Both the position numbers and the translations under genes were made by a program. From the NCBI GenBank assembly GCA_043738965.1, contig JAYUEZ010000052.1, forward strand, positions 1-48,470: DNA of 48,470 nucleotides. Direction: 5' to 3'. Below are positions 47,134 to 48,470 of this stretch, piece by piece (the stretch's first letter is position 1; every line of letters begins with the position of its first letter). The notes beneath the pieces were generated by a model. The model saw nothing but the letters and a program-made list of their open reading frames with translations, was not told the DNA's origin and did not search any database. This stretch comes from Gammaproteobacteria bacterium (GTDB taxonomy: Bacteria; Pseudomonadota; Gammaproteobacteria; Ga0077536).

Positions 47134-47865
47134 ATGGCGCAGACTGCTGCATTGTCTCGTTGGGTAATCCGTGCGGGGTTGGCGTGTGGTTTTATCGCGC
47201 CTGTCTGGTGGGCCTTGATCATCGCGTACTGTGCCACGCAATTCCCCGGGTATAGCCATCTCACCAATTTCATCAGCGAACTCGCCGCGCGCGGCAGCCC
47301 CACGCAAGCGCTCATGCGTAACGCGGGCTTCATTTTTACCGGGGCGCTTTATCTGATTTTTGCGCTGGCGCTCAGTTGGCGCTTCCGGCGTGATTGGCGA
47401 GCGGCATTCGCGATCCTCGCGCTGGCGCTCGGCGGCGCGGCGCGCATTGGCGCGGGGCTTTACCCCTGCGAGCCGGGATGCGATCCGCACGTCATTTCGC
47501 TCACTCAAGAATGGCACGGGCGTTTCGCCGAAGCCGGCTATTGGCTGATGATGCTCGCCGCTGTCTTGTGGGGAGTGGTCGGTAATCGTTATACGCGCCT
47601 GCGGCATTTGATGGCCCTCGGCATCGGCACCGCGGCGTGGTGCGCGACGTCGTTGGTGTTGATGACTCTCTATGCCGAATGGCAAGGGCTTTTCCAGCGG
47701 CTGGCGAGTGGAATTTTGTCGTTGTGGGTTGTGGTATTCGCCACCGCGGTGTGGCGGTTACCGGCCGAATCTGACCGGGTGGAAGCAGTAGCGTTTGCGC
47801 CCGCCGGTCCGCGCTTGAAACGCCGCGAACGACGCGCCGCCGCGCGCCGGCGCGTGTCGCGCTGA
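47134..47865 (+). CDS. DUF998-like polytopic membrane protein
   Basis: The 243 aa ORF has multiple TM segments and the motif GYSHLTNFISELAARGSP, which I recall from DUF998. Confidence 0.7.
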   Translation: MAQTAALSRWVIRAGLACGFIAPVWWALIIAYCATQFPGYSHLTNFISELAARGSPTQALMRNAGFIFTGALYLIFALALSWRFRRDWRAAFAILALALGGAARIGAGLYPCEPGCDPHVISLTQEWHGRFAEAGYWLMMLAAVLWGVVGNRYTRLRHLMALGIGTAAWCATSLVLMTLYAEWQGLFQRLASGILSLWVVVFATAVWRLPAESDRVEAVAFAPAGPRLKRRERRAAARRRVSR

Positions 47866-47871
47866 ACCCGC

Positions 47872-48150
47872 ATGCATCGTCATTGCCCTAGCTGCCAGCA
47901 GCGTTCGATTTCGCTGTTCGGACTGATGTTCTGGCGCGTGCGCTGCCGCGACTGCGGCGCGGAGGTCGGCACTAATCCCGCGTGGCGGATCCCCATTCTC
48001 TCGGTCGAAATGATGGTCTGGCTATTGTCGATGAATTGGTTGCAAATGACGTACGGCCGCGGCGGTACGGTCATCGCCTTCGTCGTGTGGCTAATGGCTG
48101 ATCTTGTTGCGGATTGGTACACGCCGCTGGTCGCGCGGAAACGACCGTGA
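47872..48150 (+). CDS. Small membrane protein with an N-terminal CxxC...CxxC zinc-ribbon-like motif
   Basis: The 92 aa ORF has CPSCQQ...CRDCGAEV followed by two hydrophobic helices. Confidence 0.45.
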   Translation: MHRHCPSCQQRSISLFGLMFWRVRCRDCGAEVGTNPAWRIPILSVEMMVWLLSMNWLQMTYGRGGTVIAFVVWLMADLVADWYTPLVARKRP

Positions 48151-48194
48151 CAAAACGGTGTTCCACGCCACCGCCGCTGCCGGTAGCTGCCGCG

Positions 48195-48470
48195 GTGGAG
48201 TCAACGACAGCGGACGCGCCTTATGCGACGCTGACCCCCGATCGGATCTTGGATGCGGTCGAATCGATTGGCCTGCACTGTGATGGCCGCCTGCTCGCGC
48301 TGAACAGCTATGAGAATCGCGTCTATCGCGTGGGCGTCGACGACGCCGAACCTGTCATCGCGAAATTCTATCGCCCTGGCCGATGGTCCGATCCCGCGAT
48401 CTTGGAAGAACATGAGTTCGCGCACGAGTTGGCCGAGACCGAGATCCCGCTGGTACCACCGCTTAAAAAC
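48195..48470 (+). CDS. srkA: Stress-response Ser/Thr kinase SrkA (RdoA/YihE), N-terminal fragment running off the right edge
   Basis: My manual translation gives ...YATLTPDRILDAVESIGLHCDGRLLALNSYENRVYRVGVDDAEPVIAKFYRPGRWSDPAILEEHEFAHELAETEIPLVPPL. This aligns with E. coli SrkA (LNSYENRVYQF...VVKFYRPERW...ILEEHQFA). The start is GTG 48195 or GTG 48147, and the latter overlaps the previous stop. Confidence 0.8.
   Translation, partial: MESTTADAPYATLTPDRILDAVESIGLHCDGRLLALNSYENRVYRVGVDDAEPVIAKFYRPGRWSDPAILEEHEFAHELAETEIPLVPPLKN

Overview
This is a visibly GC-rich chromosomal segment with gammaproteobacterial gene content: a CRP with an E. coli-like DAMTHPDGMQI block, FimV, YajQ, DUF3301 and SrkA. 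Coding density is high, with about 45 protein genes. I found no rRNA, tRNA, CRISPR array, transposase, integrase or recognisable phage or defence module.

From left to right the window holds:
- a hopanoid-tailoring block, hpnN (partial), hpnJ and hpnI, interrupted by an LLM-class oxidoreductase
- an FmdB-like small protein and two conserved unknown genes
- groES-groEL with a CIRCE operator, a promoter and a clean terminator
- crp with a CRP-box upstream
- a Sel1-repeat protein coupled to a methyltransferase-like gene, then fimV, a second methyltransferase and gshA
- a four-gene biotin-dependent carboxylase operon colinear with urea carboxylase
- trpE
- a MoxR ATPase / VWA / TIGR03790-like secreted protein operon, divergent from a second Sel1 protein
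- a PilZ protein and a DUF1223 protein
- two divergent giant paralogs (2x cNMP-binding + rhodanese + long coiled coil) with a tightly coupled DUF465 gene
- DUF3301, a CPXCG protein, yajQ, an M16C (PreP-like) protease and two unknown genes (one a lipoprotein)
- an APH-type kinase, a VIT1/CCC1 transporter, an SPFH-NfeD pair, an SDR, a glycine-zipper lipoprotein, DUF998, a small membrane protein and the 5' end of srkA

The most system-like and least explained element is the twin cNMP-rhodanese-coiled-coil locus at 29.1-36.0 kb. It sits in a neighbourhood rich in second-messenger receptors (CRP, PilZ, YajQ, FimV).

All functional calls rest on motifs I read in the supplied translations and on recalled family signatures. 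No database search was run.
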